Translations under genes and position numbers: made by a program
In this document: piece after piece, positions 1 to 9,757 of the stretch
Layout of the letters: each line of letters opens with the position of its first letter
How positions within the stretch are numbered: the first letter of the stretch is position 1
NCBI GenBank assembly: GCA_963841435.1
Contig: CAWJCS010000005.1
Coordinates: 992,001-1,056,000, forward strand
Direction: 5' to 3'
DNA: 64,000 nt
Origin: an uncultured delta proteobacterium
GTDB lineage: Bacteria; Myxococcota_A; Polyangia; Polyangiales; Polyangiaceae
Notes under the pieces: generated by a model
Databases searched by the model: none
Seen by the model: only the letters and a program-made list of their open reading frames with translations
What the model was told of the DNA's origin: nothing

Positions 1-2
1 TC

Positions 3-257
3 ATCAGCGGGGGTGGGGTCACCGCGGGCATCGACATGGCGCTCACGCTGGCAGCCGAGCTCGAGGGCCGCGACGTGGCCGAGGCCATCGCGCTCGCGGT
101 CGAATACGACCCCGAGCCGCCCTTCGCGCCGGGCCGCCCCGAGCACGCGCGGCCCGAGGTGCTCGGCGTCGTGCTCGGCCGCCTCGAAGCGCTCGGCGGC
201 GAGCGTCGCGCGGCCGTCGCGCGAGCAGCTGGGAGGCTCGCCGCGCTTTCGCCGTGA
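3..257 (+). CDS. DJ-1/PfpI family protein (isonitrile hydratase-like), C-terminal part; truncated by window edge
   Basis: Frame reads ISGGGVTAGIDMALTLAAELEGRDVAEAIALAVEYDPEPPF; the GVTAGID and EYDPxPPF motifs are typical of this family. Confidence 0.85.
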   Translation: MSGGGVTAGIDMALTLAAELEGRDVAEAIALAVEYDPEPPFAPGRPEHARPEVLGVVLGRLEALGGERRAAVARAAGRLAALSP

Positions 258-280
258 CGCCCGCCGGGCGCCTTCGGGCC

Positions 281-2236
281 TCAGCGCTCGACGCCCTCGC
301 CCGGCAGCCGCCCGAACGTGTGCATCGCAACGTCGAGGAGCCCCCCGCAACGCGAGAGACCGAGATCTTCGCGCTCGTGGGGGTCGCTCTCGAGGTCGTA
401 GCACTTCCAGCCCGGGTCCCAGGAGCGCGCCTCGAGCTTGAGGTTTCGCTGCATCACGCCCCAGTTCTCGAAGGCACAGCTCCAGACGCCCGCGCAGTTC
501 GTCATCGGGATCGGCTGCTCGCTGAGCGGCGGACGGAGCAGGCTGTGACCGTGCATCAGCGCGCGGTAGTCGCGGATCTTCGGATCGTCGAGCACGCCGA
601 TCAGATCGAGAACGGTGGGCGCGAGGTCGACGTGAAAAAGGTACGCGTCGCGCTTCTGGCGCAAGCTCTGGATCTCGCCCTCGGTGAGCGTGCCGTCGGG
701 CGCGTCGATCCACATCGGCACGCGCGTCTCCTCGTCGAAGATGCTGAAGGTGTGGCCCATCTGGCCGTGCTCGCGAAACGCCTCGGCGTGGTCGCTCGTG
801 TAGACGATGACGGTGCGGGCGCCGGCGGGCGTTTCCCGCAGGTGCGTCAGCATGCGCGCGACGTGCTGATCCTGCTGGTAAACGGCGTTCTGGTAGTAGT
901 TCAAGAACGCCCCGTTCTCGTCGGGCGCCTTGCTCGTCGTCGAGGGCTGGAAGGGCTCGGGGCCGTCGGGATCCACGTAGTACGGGTAGTGCACGTTCGA
1001 GAGCTGGATCACCGCGAGGAACGGCTCACTGAGCTCCCCGATCTCGCGGTTCACGTGATCGGCGAGCAGGTTCTCGGGCGCCCCCATGTCGAGATCTGCC
1101 GTGGGGTCGAGATCGGTGGCGCTGACGAACTTGTTGACCCCGAGGTTTTTCACCCACAGCCGGACGTTGCCGAACATCATGTTCTGGCTGGTCCAGAAGG
1201 CCGTATCGTAGCCGGCGGAGCGCGCGTAGTCGAAGATGAGCGGCCAGGTGTGCAACCGGTCGCGCGATTCGGTGGGGTCGAGCCCCGACCAGAGCACGGC
1301 GAGCGAGATCGCCGTGCAGGAGTCGACCGAGCGCATGCGCGTGAACGGGAAGCGACTGGGAAAGTAGCGGTTCGTGAACTCGGTGCGCCGGCAGGCGGGG
1401 TCGTGCTCGATGCACGTCGCGGTCGCCCGCACACTCTCGAGGATCACGAACACGACGTTGCGCGGCGGGGTGCCCGGCGCGCGCTCGAGCTTCGCCACGG
1501 GCATCGACTCCCTGAGGCGCGGCCGGAGCTGATTGGACTGCTCCGTGAAGCCGAATTGGGTGCGGAGCAGGCCACCGACCGCGTTCAAGTAGAGCACGTC
1601 CGGGGTCGAGGCCTGAAGGTGCCGGTTCTGCGTGGGGATGAAGAAGGTCGCGACGAGCACAAGGGGCGCGAGCACGGTGGCAACGCGCCCCGGCAGGCGA
1701 CGCGGCCGGATGGCGCGGCGCCCGAGCCAAAGCACACCGAGCGCGACCGCGAGCACCGGGAGCTTGGCGCGCAGATAGTTTCCGATGTCGGCGAAGAGCT
1801 GGTTGACGACGCTATCCATGAAGTTCGACGCGAACACCGAAACGTCGACGTTGAGGTAGGCGTGGTACTGCTCGAAAAAGTAGATCTGCCCGCCGATCGC
1901 GAACGTCGCGAAGACCGCGAACAGCACGCCGGAGATCGCGCGGGCCACGCCGCGCTGCCGGCACGCTGCATAGAGCAAGAGCCCCCACACGACCGTGCTC
2001 TCGACGAGCGCTGCGAGATAGGTGAGCCGGGACTCGCCGTCGAGGTGGAGAACACGATCGCTGCGCCGCGCAAGGTCCACGACGAGGACCAGCGCGGGAA
2101 CGGCGAGCAGCGTGGCGGCCGCGGCGTAGGGGCGAACGCGCGCCCAGCGCCTCGCGCGGGCCACGGCGCGCCGGGCCTGGGCGGGGTGAGCTCCCGAGGC
2201 GGCCCCGGGAGCGTGAGCGTCGTGGACTTGCTGCAC
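281..2236 (-). CDS. Membrane-anchored alkaline-phosphatase/sulfatase superfamily transferase (LtaS/EptA-like)
   Basis: Several N-terminal TM helices, then NVVFVILESVRA, SCTAIS (Thr nucleophile, no CxPxR), YTSDHAE, GHT and YDLESDPHE. Start placed at GTG 2236; the ORF is open to 2314. Confidence 0.8.
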   Translation of the reverse strand: MQQVHDAHAPGAASGAHPAQARRAVARARRWARVRPYAAAATLLAVPALVLVVDLARRSDRVLHLDGESRLTYLAALVESTVVWGLLLYAACRQRGVARAISGVLFAVFATFAIGGQIYFFEQYHAYLNVDVSVFASNFMDSVVNQLFADIGNYLRAKLPVLAVALGVLWLGRRAIRPRRLPGRVATVLAPLVLVATFFIPTQNRHLQASTPDVLYLNAVGGLLRTQFGFTEQSNQLRPRLRESMPVAKLERAPGTPPRNVVFVILESVRATATCIEHDPACRRTEFTNRYFPSRFPFTRMRSVDSCTAISLAVLWSGLDPTESRDRLHTWPLIFDYARSAGYDTAFWTSQNMMFGNVRLWVKNLGVNKFVSATDLDPTADLDMGAPENLLADHVNREIGELSEPFLAVIQLSNVHYPYYVDPDGPEPFQPSTTSKAPDENGAFLNYYQNAVYQQDQHVARMLTHLRETPAGARTVIVYTSDHAEAFREHGQMGHTFSIFDEETRVPMWIDAPDGTLTEGEIQSLRQKRDAYLFHVDLAPTVLDLIGVLDDPKIRDYRALMHGHSLLRPPLSEQPIPMTNCAGVWSCAFENWGVMQRNLKLEARSWDPGWKCYDLESDPHEREDLGLSRCGGLLDVAMHTFGRLPGEGVER

Positions 2237-2483
2237 GGCTGTCGAGCCGGGCAGTTTAGATCCACAGTCACGATCTTGTCGCGGAAATGGCACGCGATCG
2301 GCGCGTTCGCGCAATCGTCACGAAGCGCTCCGCACGAGTCACCGGTCCCCGCTGCGCGCTGCGTCAAAAAACCCCGGCCGCGTCGGGGCCGCGCGTGTTT
2401 GGCGCTCACGAAGGGGCTTCACGACACATGACGAGCTCGGGTGGACGCCTCACCTGGTTTACGCGACGCTCTGCGGCCTCGTC

Positions 2484-4673
2484 ATGCTCGACCACCGACT
2501 CGCACTCGTTTTCGTCGTCGTGATCGGCTGTGCCGCAGGACCTCCCAAGGCTCTCGATGCCGGGCCGCGCCCGCCCGCGGCGCCCGCTGCCACGGGGAAC
2601 GCGGCGCCCGCCCCCGAGACGGGAGTGACGCCCGCCCTTGCCTACCCGAAGACGCGCACCGTCAACACCGTGGACGTGCTCCACGGCGTCCGCGTGAGCG
2701 ATCCGTATCGCTGGCTCGAGAATGCGGACTCCGACGAGGTGCGCGCCTGGGTCGACGCCGAGAGCGCCCTCGCCCGACGCGAGCTCGACGCGCTGCCGGA
2801 GCGTGCCGCGCTCATCGGCCGATTTCGCGAGCTCTACGACATCGAGCGGGTGGGCGCGCCGCTCAAGCGCGGTGGGCGCTACTTCTGGGGGCAGAAGAAC
2901 GTCGGCCAAGAGAAGAGCACCGTGATGGTGAAGCGCGGCAAGCGCGGCAAGCCCGAGGTGCTGCTCGACCCGAACACTTGGTCGGCGGACGGCAGTGTCT
3001 CGCTCGGCTCCTACGCCGTGAGCAACGATGGCAAGACCGTCGTCTACCAGGTGAAGCAAAACAACTCCGACGAAGCCACGCTCGAGCTCATCGACGTGCG
3101 GACGAAGAAGAAGCTCCCCGATACGATCCCCGGCGCGAAGTACACCTGGCGCGCGTCCTTCACCCCGCGGGGCGACGGCTTTTACTACGTGCAGATCCCG
3201 CCGCTCGGCGGTGAGGTGACCGTCGCGGATCGACCCGGCCTCGCAGAGATCAAGTTCCACCGCCTCGGCACCGATCCCGCGAGCGACCCGGTCGTCCGCG
3301 ACGCCACGCACGATGCGAAGACGTTCCAGGCCGCGAGCCTGTCTCACGACGGCCGCTTCCTCCTCGCCACGGTGAGCCACGGCTGGGCGAAGACCGACCT
3401 TTACTTCGAGGATCTTCACGACAAAAAGCCGACCTGGAAGCCGCTCGTCGCCGGGGTTTCCAACGTCTACTACGCCGATGTCTTCCGGGGGCGCTTCTAC
3501 GTCGTCACCGACGAGGGCGCGCCGCACTACCGGGTGTTCGCCGTCGACCCCCGGCACGTCGAGCGCGAGCATTGGCAGGAGATCGTAGCGGAGCGCCCCG
3601 ACGTGACGATCGACAGCGTGTCCATCGTCGGCGGCCACCTCGCCCTCGTTACCATCAAGGACGTCGTCGAGAATCTCGAGATCCGAACGATCGACGGCAA
3701 GCTCGCCTATCAGGTGGAGCTGCCCGGGCAGGGCAGCGTTTCCCTCACGGGAAGCGAGGACGAGGACGAAGCGTATTTCTCCTTCCAGTCCTTCGCGCGT
3801 CCGCCCGAGATCCACGAGCTCACGATGCGCTCGGGCAAGACCGAGCTCACCTATCAGACGAAGGTGCCCGCCGACCCGTCGAAAGTCGTCACCGAGCAGC
3901 TCTTCGCCACCTCCCGGGACGGCACGCAGGTGCCCTTCTTCGTGCTCCGGCCGCGCGGCGCGTCGGACGACGGGCGCGCACCCGCCATCCTCTACGGCTA
4001 CGGAGGATTTTCCGTGGCGATCACACCCGGCTTCTGGACGGGCGCGTTCCCCTGGCTCGAGCGTGGGGGCGTCTATGTCATCGCGAACCCGAGGGGCGGC
4101 AGCGAATACGGTGAGACCTGGCACCAGGCGGGCATGCGGCACCAGAAACAGCACGTCTTCGACGACTTCATCGCCGTCGGCGAGGAGCTCGTGAAGCGCA
4201 AGATCACGAGCCCCGACCGCCTGGTCATCCAGGGCGCGTCCAACGGCGGGCTGCTGGTGGGCGCGGCCATGACCCAGCGGCCGGAGCTGTTCAGCGCCGT
4301 GCTCTGCGGCGTGCCGCTGCTCGACATGCTGCGCTACCAGCTGTTCGGCTCGGGCAAGACCTGGATCGAGGAATACGGCACCGCGGACGACCCCGACGAC
4401 TTTCGCGCGCTCTACGCGTACTCGCCCTACCACCACGTGACGCGCGGCACGCGCTACCCGGCGGTGCTCCTGCTCTCCGCCGACAGCGACGACCGCGTCG
4501 ACCCGATGCACGCGCGAAAGTTCGCCGCCGCGCTGCAGGCGGCGTCGAACGGCGGGCCGGTTTTGCTCCGCATCCAGAAGAACGCCGGCCACGGCGGCGC
4601 GGACAAGATCCAGTCGCTCGTCGAGGAGCGCGCCGACGCCATGGCGTTCGCCCTCGCCCACGTCGCACATTGA
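2484..4673 (+). CDS. Prolyl oligopeptidase (S9A), with a lipoprotein-like signal
   Basis: DPYRWLE, YGYGGF, NPRGGSEYG, GASNGGLL (Ser), DDRVDP (Asp) and AGHG (His); signal ends VVIGC. Confidence 0.95.
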   Translation: MLDHRLALVFVVVIGCAAGPPKALDAGPRPPAAPAATGNAAPAPETGVTPALAYPKTRTVNTVDVLHGVRVSDPYRWLENADSDEVRAWVDAESALARRELDALPERAALIGRFRELYDIERVGAPLKRGGRYFWGQKNVGQEKSTVMVKRGKRGKPEVLLDPNTWSADGSVSLGSYAVSNDGKTVVYQVKQNNSDEATLELIDVRTKKKLPDTIPGAKYTWRASFTPRGDGFYYVQIPPLGGEVTVADRPGLAEIKFHRLGTDPASDPVVRDATHDAKTFQAASLSHDGRFLLATVSHGWAKTDLYFEDLHDKKPTWKPLVAGVSNVYYADVFRGRFYVVTDEGAPHYRVFAVDPRHVEREHWQEIVAERPDVTIDSVSIVGGHLALVTIKDVVENLEIRTIDGKLAYQVELPGQGSVSLTGSEDEDEAYFSFQSFARPPEIHELTMRSGKTELTYQTKVPADPSKVVTEQLFATSRDGTQVPFFVLRPRGASDDGRAPAILYGYGGFSVAITPGFWTGAFPWLERGGVYVIANPRGGSEYGETWHQAGMRHQKQHVFDDFIAVGEELVKRKITSPDRLVIQGASNGGLLVGAAMTQRPELFSAVLCGVPLLDMLRYQLFGSGKTWIEEYGTADDPDDFRALYAYSPYHHVTRGTRYPAVLLLSADSDDRVDPMHARKFAAALQAASNGGPVLLRIQKNAGHGGADKIQSLVEERADAMAFALAHVAH

Positions 4674-4694
4674 GCCGCGCGCGCCCGCGCGGCC

Positions 4695-5504
4695 TCAGAT
4701 CTCGGTGAGCCAGCTCGTGAGCAGGTAGTTCGCAACGAGTGTCGTCACGGCGCTCAGCACGACGGCGCGCGTCGTCGCCTCGCCGACGCCCTTGGCGCCG
4801 CCGCTCGCATAAAACCCCTGCGCGCAGGAGATCGCCGAGATCAAAAATCCGAAGACCAGGGCCTTGATCTCACCCATGTAAAGGTCGCTCGGCACGAGGT
4901 ACTTCTCGATGTTGGCGAGGAAGATGCCGGGGTCCACGCCGAGCCAGTTCACGCTCACCACCCAGGCTCCCATCATGCCCACACAGCTGTACAGAATGCA
5001 GAGCAGCGGAAGCATGAGGACGCTCGCGAGCAGCCGCGGCGCCAACAGGTATTGAGCGGGGCTCACGCCCATCGTCACGAGCGCGTCGATCTGCTCGGTG
5101 ACGCGCATGTTGCCGAGCTCGGCGGCCATGGCGCTGCCCGCGCGCGCCGTCACCATCAAGGCAGCGAACACCGGGCTGATCTCGCGACACAGGGAAACGG
5201 CGACGATCGAGCCCACCACGCCCTCGGCGCCGAACTGTCGCAAACTGTGCACCGTCTGCAGCGAGAGCACCATGCCGCTGAACATGCCGGTCAGCGAGAT
5301 GATGAAGATCGATTTGACGCCGATGAAGTCCATCGCCAAAAAGAGCTGCATGAGCCGGTAGGGGGGCCGCACGGCCCACGCAAGCGTCTGGCCCGTTAGG
5401 AGCAGCACGGTTCCTATCCGATCGAGCAACGAGAGGAACGGGGCCGCGAGGAGCGCGAAAAAGCCGGTGTCGTCGTCGGAAAGCGCGTCCTCGTCGGCTG
5501 CCAC
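4695..5504 (-). CDS. mlaE: MlaE family ABC transporter permease
   Basis: REISPVFAALMVTARAGSAMAAELGNMRVTEQIDAL and GGAKGVGEATTRAVV. Confidence 0.93.
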   Translation of the reverse strand: MAADEDALSDDDTGFFALLAAPFLSLLDRIGTVLLLTGQTLAWAVRPPYRLMQLFLAMDFIGVKSIFIISLTGMFSGMVLSLQTVHSLRQFGAEGVVGSIVAVSLCREISPVFAALMVTARAGSAMAAELGNMRVTEQIDALVTMGVSPAQYLLAPRLLASVLMLPLLCILYSCVGMMGAWVVSVNWLGVDPGIFLANIEKYLVPSDLYMGEIKALVFGFLISAISCAQGFYASGGAKGVGEATTRAVVLSAVTTLVANYLLTSWLTEI

Positions 5505-5614
5505 GCGTCGGTCTTACCAGCCCGACGAGCGGGCACCAAACCGTTCTCCCCGCTCGCGGGCCTCGCGCGTGGCTATGAGACGCCTCGCGGGCTCGCCCGG
5601 TTGCGAGATGCGCT

Positions 5615-6070
5615 CTAGCCTGCCGCGAGCGCCCGGAGGACTGCCGTCGAGCGCTCGCCGGTCGCGCGCACGCGGGCGCGGCGCGGATCGAGGGCGAGCT
5701 CGACAATCAGCGCGTCACCGCCGAGCACGCCGACGTACGGCTCGCCCCATTCGACGACGAGCAGGCGACCGTCGTCGCGCTGGGCGTCGAGGCCGAGCCC
5801 GCGCACGTCGCGTTCGTCACGCAGCCGGTAAAGATCGGCGTGCGACACGGGCGGCTCGGTTTCGTGCTCGTGGACGAGGGTGAAGGTGGGGCTCGGCACG
5901 CGCACCCGCGCCGGCAGGCCGAGTGCTCGGCAGAGCGCACGCGCGAGGAACGTCTTGCCGCTGCCGAGCGGGCCGCTCAGGACGACGAGGTCGCCGGCCG
6001 CGAGCTCGGGCGCGAGCCGGCGCGCCAGGTCGCGCGTCGCGCGCCGCGTGGGCAGCTCCACTTCAATCAT
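5615..6070 (-). CDS. tsaE: tRNA threonylcarbamoyladenosine biosynthesis ATPase TsaE
   Basis: Starts MIEVELPT at ATG 6070, overlapping the upstream stop; GPLGSGKT, SPTFTLVHEH, HADLYRL, VVEWGE. Confidence 0.93.
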   Translation of the reverse strand: MIEVELPTRRATRDLARRLAPELAAGDLVVLSGPLGSGKTFLARALCRALGLPARVRVPSPTFTLVHEHETEPPVSHADLYRLRDERDVRGLGLDAQRDDGRLLVVEWGEPYVGVLGGDALIVELALDPRRARVRATGERSTAVLRALAAG

Positions 6071-7854
6071 GGCGCGGCGGGCTCCCCCAGAACCACGCCG
6101 AGGTGCCGTGGCAAAACGCGCGCGCCGCCGAACCCGCGCGCGGAGCTGGTCCAGAGCTCCGCCTTCGCGGTCGCGAGCGCGTCGCGCGCGCGGCTGCGAA
6201 GCGCTTCCACGTCCTCGCCGCGAGCGACCCCGTTCGTGGGCAGCGCCTCGAGCGCGAGCGCCGCGAGCACTGCCGCGTCGTGCCCGAGCGCTTCGTACCA
6301 GCCGCCCGTGGGGGCCTTCGCGGGGTAGCTCCCCGTTTCGATCGCCAGGGCTCTCGCACCGAGCTCCGGCAGCACCGCGCTCGCGTCCAGTCCGAGCGCC
6401 ATCGACCAGCCGAGGCTCCCCGCAGAAAGCTCCGTCGAGATGTCGCGCGCGCACTGCTCGCCGCCCGTGACGAGAAGGGCGTCGACGCCCGTCTTCTTCC
6501 AGGTTCCGAGCGGAAAGCGCGCGCGCCCGGGCGAGGCCGGCTCGACATCGCACGAGAAGCCGCCGGGACCCACCCGCTCGACGTGGTGCGCGCCGCGCTG
6601 GGCCAGCGCCTCCTCGAGCGCATCGGCGACGGTTCGATCGTCGAGACCGAGCACGAAGGTAAAGCCGTGCTCCGGCGGCGGCGACGGCAGCGCGCGCAGC
6701 AAAAGCAGCGGGATGCCGAGCGTCTCGGCCTGGGCAGCCGCTCGCGCCGCGCTCTCGTCGTCACCACCCGCAACGATGAGGCTCGCGCCGTCTGCCGTGA
6801 GCGCCGAGAACGCGGCGGGCACGTCGTCGGTGCCGTAGCGCACGAGCAGCTCCACGCGCCGATCTCCCCGATTCTTCGTCGCGCCGAGCGCTCGTGTCAT
6901 GCCTTCGCTCACCGTCGTCGCGCGGCGGCGCTCGAGCGAGGTCCCGATGCCGAGCAAAAGACCCACGGCACGCCCCGCCACCGACGGCGCGCGCAATCCG
7001 CTCGACGCGAGCTCGACGAGGCGGCGCCCGTCCGGAGTGCCGCGAAGCGCTGCGGGGGCGACCTCGAGCAGGCGCTGCGCGAGCGGCGAGGCCGAGCGCT
7101 CGAGCGCCGCGCGCGTGAGCGCCGTCACGATGGTGTCGACGAGCCATTCCCGCCCGCTCGCGAGATCCTGGCGCGAACCGGAAACCTGCCTGAGCCCCGG
7201 GAGGGCAGCGAGCAGGTCGTCGGTCGGCACGAGCCCAATGAGCTTGGCCGCCGTCTGCCGCGCGCGCACCTGCCGGTCCGGCGGAGATTGCACGAGCCAA
7301 TCGAGCAGCGCAGTGAGCGCGACTTCGTAGTTGCCCGAGAGAAAGGCGGTGCGCGCCCGCTCCTCTCCGTACACGAAGCGCTCGTCGAGATCGATGATGC
7401 GTCCGCTCAGCGCGTCGAACACCGCCAGCGCACGGCGCGTCTCCCCCTCACGCGACAAGATCGCGGCTTCGGCGACGCGCGCGAAATCCCGCTGCGAGCC
7501 TCGGGGGCCATGAAGGATGGGCGCGATGAGCTCTCGAGCGCGCGCCCGCTCGCCGCGCTCGAGCAGCGCGAACGCGCTGTAGATGCGCACGTCGTCGGCT
7601 CGCTCGTCTTTGGGGTTGCGCGCGAGGAAGCCCTCGAGCTCGGCGGCAAGGGACGCGCGCCCGGCTGCGTCGGCGTCGAAGAAGCGCGCCCGGAGAGCTC
7701 GAAACTCCGTCTGCGGCCCCGTCGCGCCAGACAGCGACGCTTCGAGCGGCGGCGGCCGAGAGTCCGACGCGCAGGCGACCGAAAGCGTTAACGGAAGGGC
7801 CAGGACGGCGAGGGAGACCAGGGGCGGGCGAGGCACGGTGCGCGACACGGTCAT
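6067..7854 (-). CDS. Lipoprotein with TPR-like N-terminus and periplasmic-binding-protein-like C-terminus (LpoA-like)
   Basis: Lipobox SVAC, helical repeats, then AVGLLL...WYEALGHDAA, which resembles type I PBP/LpoA folds. Confidence 0.55.
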   Translation of the reverse strand: MTVSRTVPRPPLVSLAVLALPLTLSVACASDSRPPPLEASLSGATGPQTEFRALRARFFDADAAGRASLAAELEGFLARNPKDERADDVRIYSAFALLERGERARARELIAPILHGPRGSQRDFARVAEAAILSREGETRRALAVFDALSGRIIDLDERFVYGEERARTAFLSGNYEVALTALLDWLVQSPPDRQVRARQTAAKLIGLVPTDDLLAALPGLRQVSGSRQDLASGREWLVDTIVTALTRAALERSASPLAQRLLEVAPAALRGTPDGRRLVELASSGLRAPSVAGRAVGLLLGIGTSLERRRATTVSEGMTRALGATKNRGDRRVELLVRYGTDDVPAAFSALTADGASLIVAGGDDESAARAAAQAETLGIPLLLLRALPSPPPEHGFTFVLGLDDRTVADALEEALAQRGAHHVERVGPGGFSCDVEPASPGRARFPLGTWKKTGVDALLVTGGEQCARDISTELSAGSLGWSMALGLDASAVLPELGARALAIETGSYPAKAPTGGWYEALGHDAAVLAALALEALPTNGVARGEDVEALRSRARDALATAKAELWTSSARGFGGARVLPRHLGVVLGEPAAP

Positions 7855-7868
7855 GGTAGCGTGCCCGG

Positions 7869-8501
7869 GTGGCGCAAAGTAGCCTCCCCCACCCCCCGGG
7901 GCGGGCGCTCGAGCGCGCCTTCGAGCTCACGAGCGTCGCGCCCCTCGCGGTCCTCGCGGTGCTCCACGTCGCCGACTACGGCCGGGTGCTCCTCGGCGTC
8001 GAAAGCGTCGGCGCACGGCGCGCGCCCCCGGCCTTTCTGATTGGCGCCGAGGCGCTTTTCGTCTGGCTGCCGCTCGCCTTCCACGCGCTCTACGGCGTGC
8101 GCGTCTGGCTCGAACGCCGCGCGCGGGAGACGCCCGCGCCGGGTGCCGTGGGGCTGCTCGCCCTGCATCGGCTGACGGGCGCCGCGGCCGGGCTCTTCCT
8201 CATCGAGCATTTCGTGCGCTTCCGTCTGCCGATCCTGCGCGGCGAGGAGTACCCGTCCGACGCGGTCCAGCGCCTGGCAGCCGAGCTCTCCTCGACCCGG
8301 GGCGGCGTGCCGCTCGTCGGGGTCGCCGAGCTGTTCGGGGTGCTAGCGGTCGCGTATCACCTGGGTTATGGGCTCTACCGCGTCGCCGTTCGCCGCGCCG
8401 GCACGAACGGGCCGCGCGCGGCCCGGATCGCCGCAACCGTCGTCGGCGTGCTCGTCGGGCTCGTCGCGGCAGCCACGATCCTCGAGCTATCGGGCGGCTG
8501 A
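7869..8501 (+). CDS. Succinate dehydrogenase cytochrome b558 (SdhC)-like membrane protein
   Basis: Five TM segments with His in LHV, FHALYG, EHF and YHLGYG, plus LHRLTG, as in Bacillus-type SdhC. Confidence 0.6.
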   Translation: MAQSSLPHPPGRALERAFELTSVAPLAVLAVLHVADYGRVLLGVESVGARRAPPAFLIGAEALFVWLPLAFHALYGVRVWLERRARETPAPGAVGLLALHRLTGAAAGLFLIEHFVRFRLPILRGEEYPSDAVQRLAAELSSTRGGVPLVGVAELFGVLAVAYHLGYGLYRVAVRRAGTNGPRAARIAATVVGVLVGLVAAATILELSGG

Positions 8502-8571
8502 CCCGGGAGCGCGCCCCGCGAGCCTGCCTGCACCCCGCCGGCTCGCGTGGTATGCGGGCGGAGCCCGGACC

Positions 8572-9006
8572 ATGCCAAAGTGCTACCTGCTCGCGATTTC
8601 GGGCGGCTCGAGCCTCGATCAGCATTCGAACAACATCACGTTGTTCAACCTGGTCGAGCAGCTCAACTACCCGAAGCATGCGCCGCCGGCGCCTGGCAGT
8701 TTTCTGCCCCTCGAGATGCATGCTTACTTCCAGCTCGAGCCCGGCGAGCTGAACCAGCGCTTCGAGCTCAGATTCGTGCTCGTCGCCGAGAGCGGGCTCG
8801 AGTCGCCGACCGAGCCCTTCGGCCACAAGTCGGCGACGCTGCGCTACCGCACGCGAGCGTTCGGTATCCCCGCACCGCTCCTGGCGGGCGCCTACACGCT
8901 CCGTGTCGATTCGCGCCCCGCGGGCAGCGAAACCTGGCAGCGCGACGTGCTCTCCTGGCCGCTCACCGTCGTCCACGCAGAGCCGCGGCCCACCGTCACC
9001 CACTGA
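8572..9006 (+). CDS. Hypothetical beta-sandwich protein (DUF6941-like)
   Basis: MPKCYLLAISGGSSLDQHSNNITLFNLVEQL...GAYTLRV; protein-like composition, and the stop overlaps the folB start (TGATG). Confidence 0.6.
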   Translation: MPKCYLLAISGGSSLDQHSNNITLFNLVEQLNYPKHAPPAPGSFLPLEMHAYFQLEPGELNQRFELRFVLVAESGLESPTEPFGHKSATLRYRTRAFGIPAPLLAGAYTLRVDSRPAGSETWQRDVLSWPLTVVHAEPRPTVTH

Positions 9007-9629
9007 TGGACACCATTCGCATCACGGGGCTCGAGCTCACCTGCATCGTGGGCGTGCGTCCGGCCGAGCGCAGGCGGCGCCAGCGGGTGCGACTCTCGAT
9101 CGAGCTCGGCGTGGACCTTTCGCGCGCCGCACACACCAGTCGCATGAAGGAGTCCGTCGATTACTCGGTGGTCGTCGAGGAGGTGGCAAGCTTGCTCCGC
9201 TTCCGCGAGTACCGCCTGATCGAGACGGCGACCGAGGAGATCGCCGCGATGCTGTTCGGCACGCACCCGCCGGCACTTTCCGTCGCCGTCACCCTCGAAA
9301 AGCCCGAAGCGTTGCGGGGTCGCGCGGCGCACGGCGCGGTTTCGATCGCGAGGCAGCGCGCGTCCTTCGCCTCCGTCGACCACGACTTCGGCCCCGAAGA
9401 AATCCTGCTCGAGACGAGCGAGGCGACGCTGAGTCTCTTCACGGTCGCGCCCGGCCGCTCGCTCGCGAGCCTCGCGAGAACACCCGCCCGTCGCCTCGGC
9501 TGGCTCGTCGCCGGACAGCTCGGTGGTGCGTCGCCGCACGATCCCGAAGCGATGCCGCGAATTTTGGAGGAAACGAACCACGGCAGCGAGCGCGCCATCG
9601 TGTTCTGCTGTGGGCTGCGCGAGGGCTGA
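9006..9629 (+). CDS. folB: Dihydroneopterin aldolase with C-terminal extension
   Basis: MDTIRITGLELTCIVGVRPAER, SVDYS, LIETATEEIA, LEKPEA. Confidence 0.85.
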   Translation: MDTIRITGLELTCIVGVRPAERRRRQRVRLSIELGVDLSRAAHTSRMKESVDYSVVVEEVASLLRFREYRLIETATEEIAAMLFGTHPPALSVAVTLEKPEALRGRAAHGAVSIARQRASFASVDHDFGPEEILLETSEATLSLFTVAPGRSLASLARTPARRLGWLVAGQLGGASPHDPEAMPRILEETNHGSERAIVFCCGLREG

Positions 9630-9757
9630 CGCGGGCACGAGAAAATCTCGGGTCCAGCGGATCTCGGGAGCGGCGCTTGGCAGGCGCGGGGAGACCCGAT
9701 AGGGTGGCCCGCCCGGAGGTTCTCTTGTCGAATCGTTTCCCCCGTTGACTGCTCGCG

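Noticed and set aside
2288-2302. Sigma-54-like TGGCACG-N4-CGGC upstream of the prolyl oligopeptidase
   Set aside because: The -12 element is poor and the site is about 180 nt from the start; it could be chance.
2484-4673. Prolyl oligopeptidase as a RiPP leader peptidase for the MNIO cluster
   Set aside because: It is about 7 kb away with housekeeping genes between, and the precursor already has a signal-peptidase-II site.
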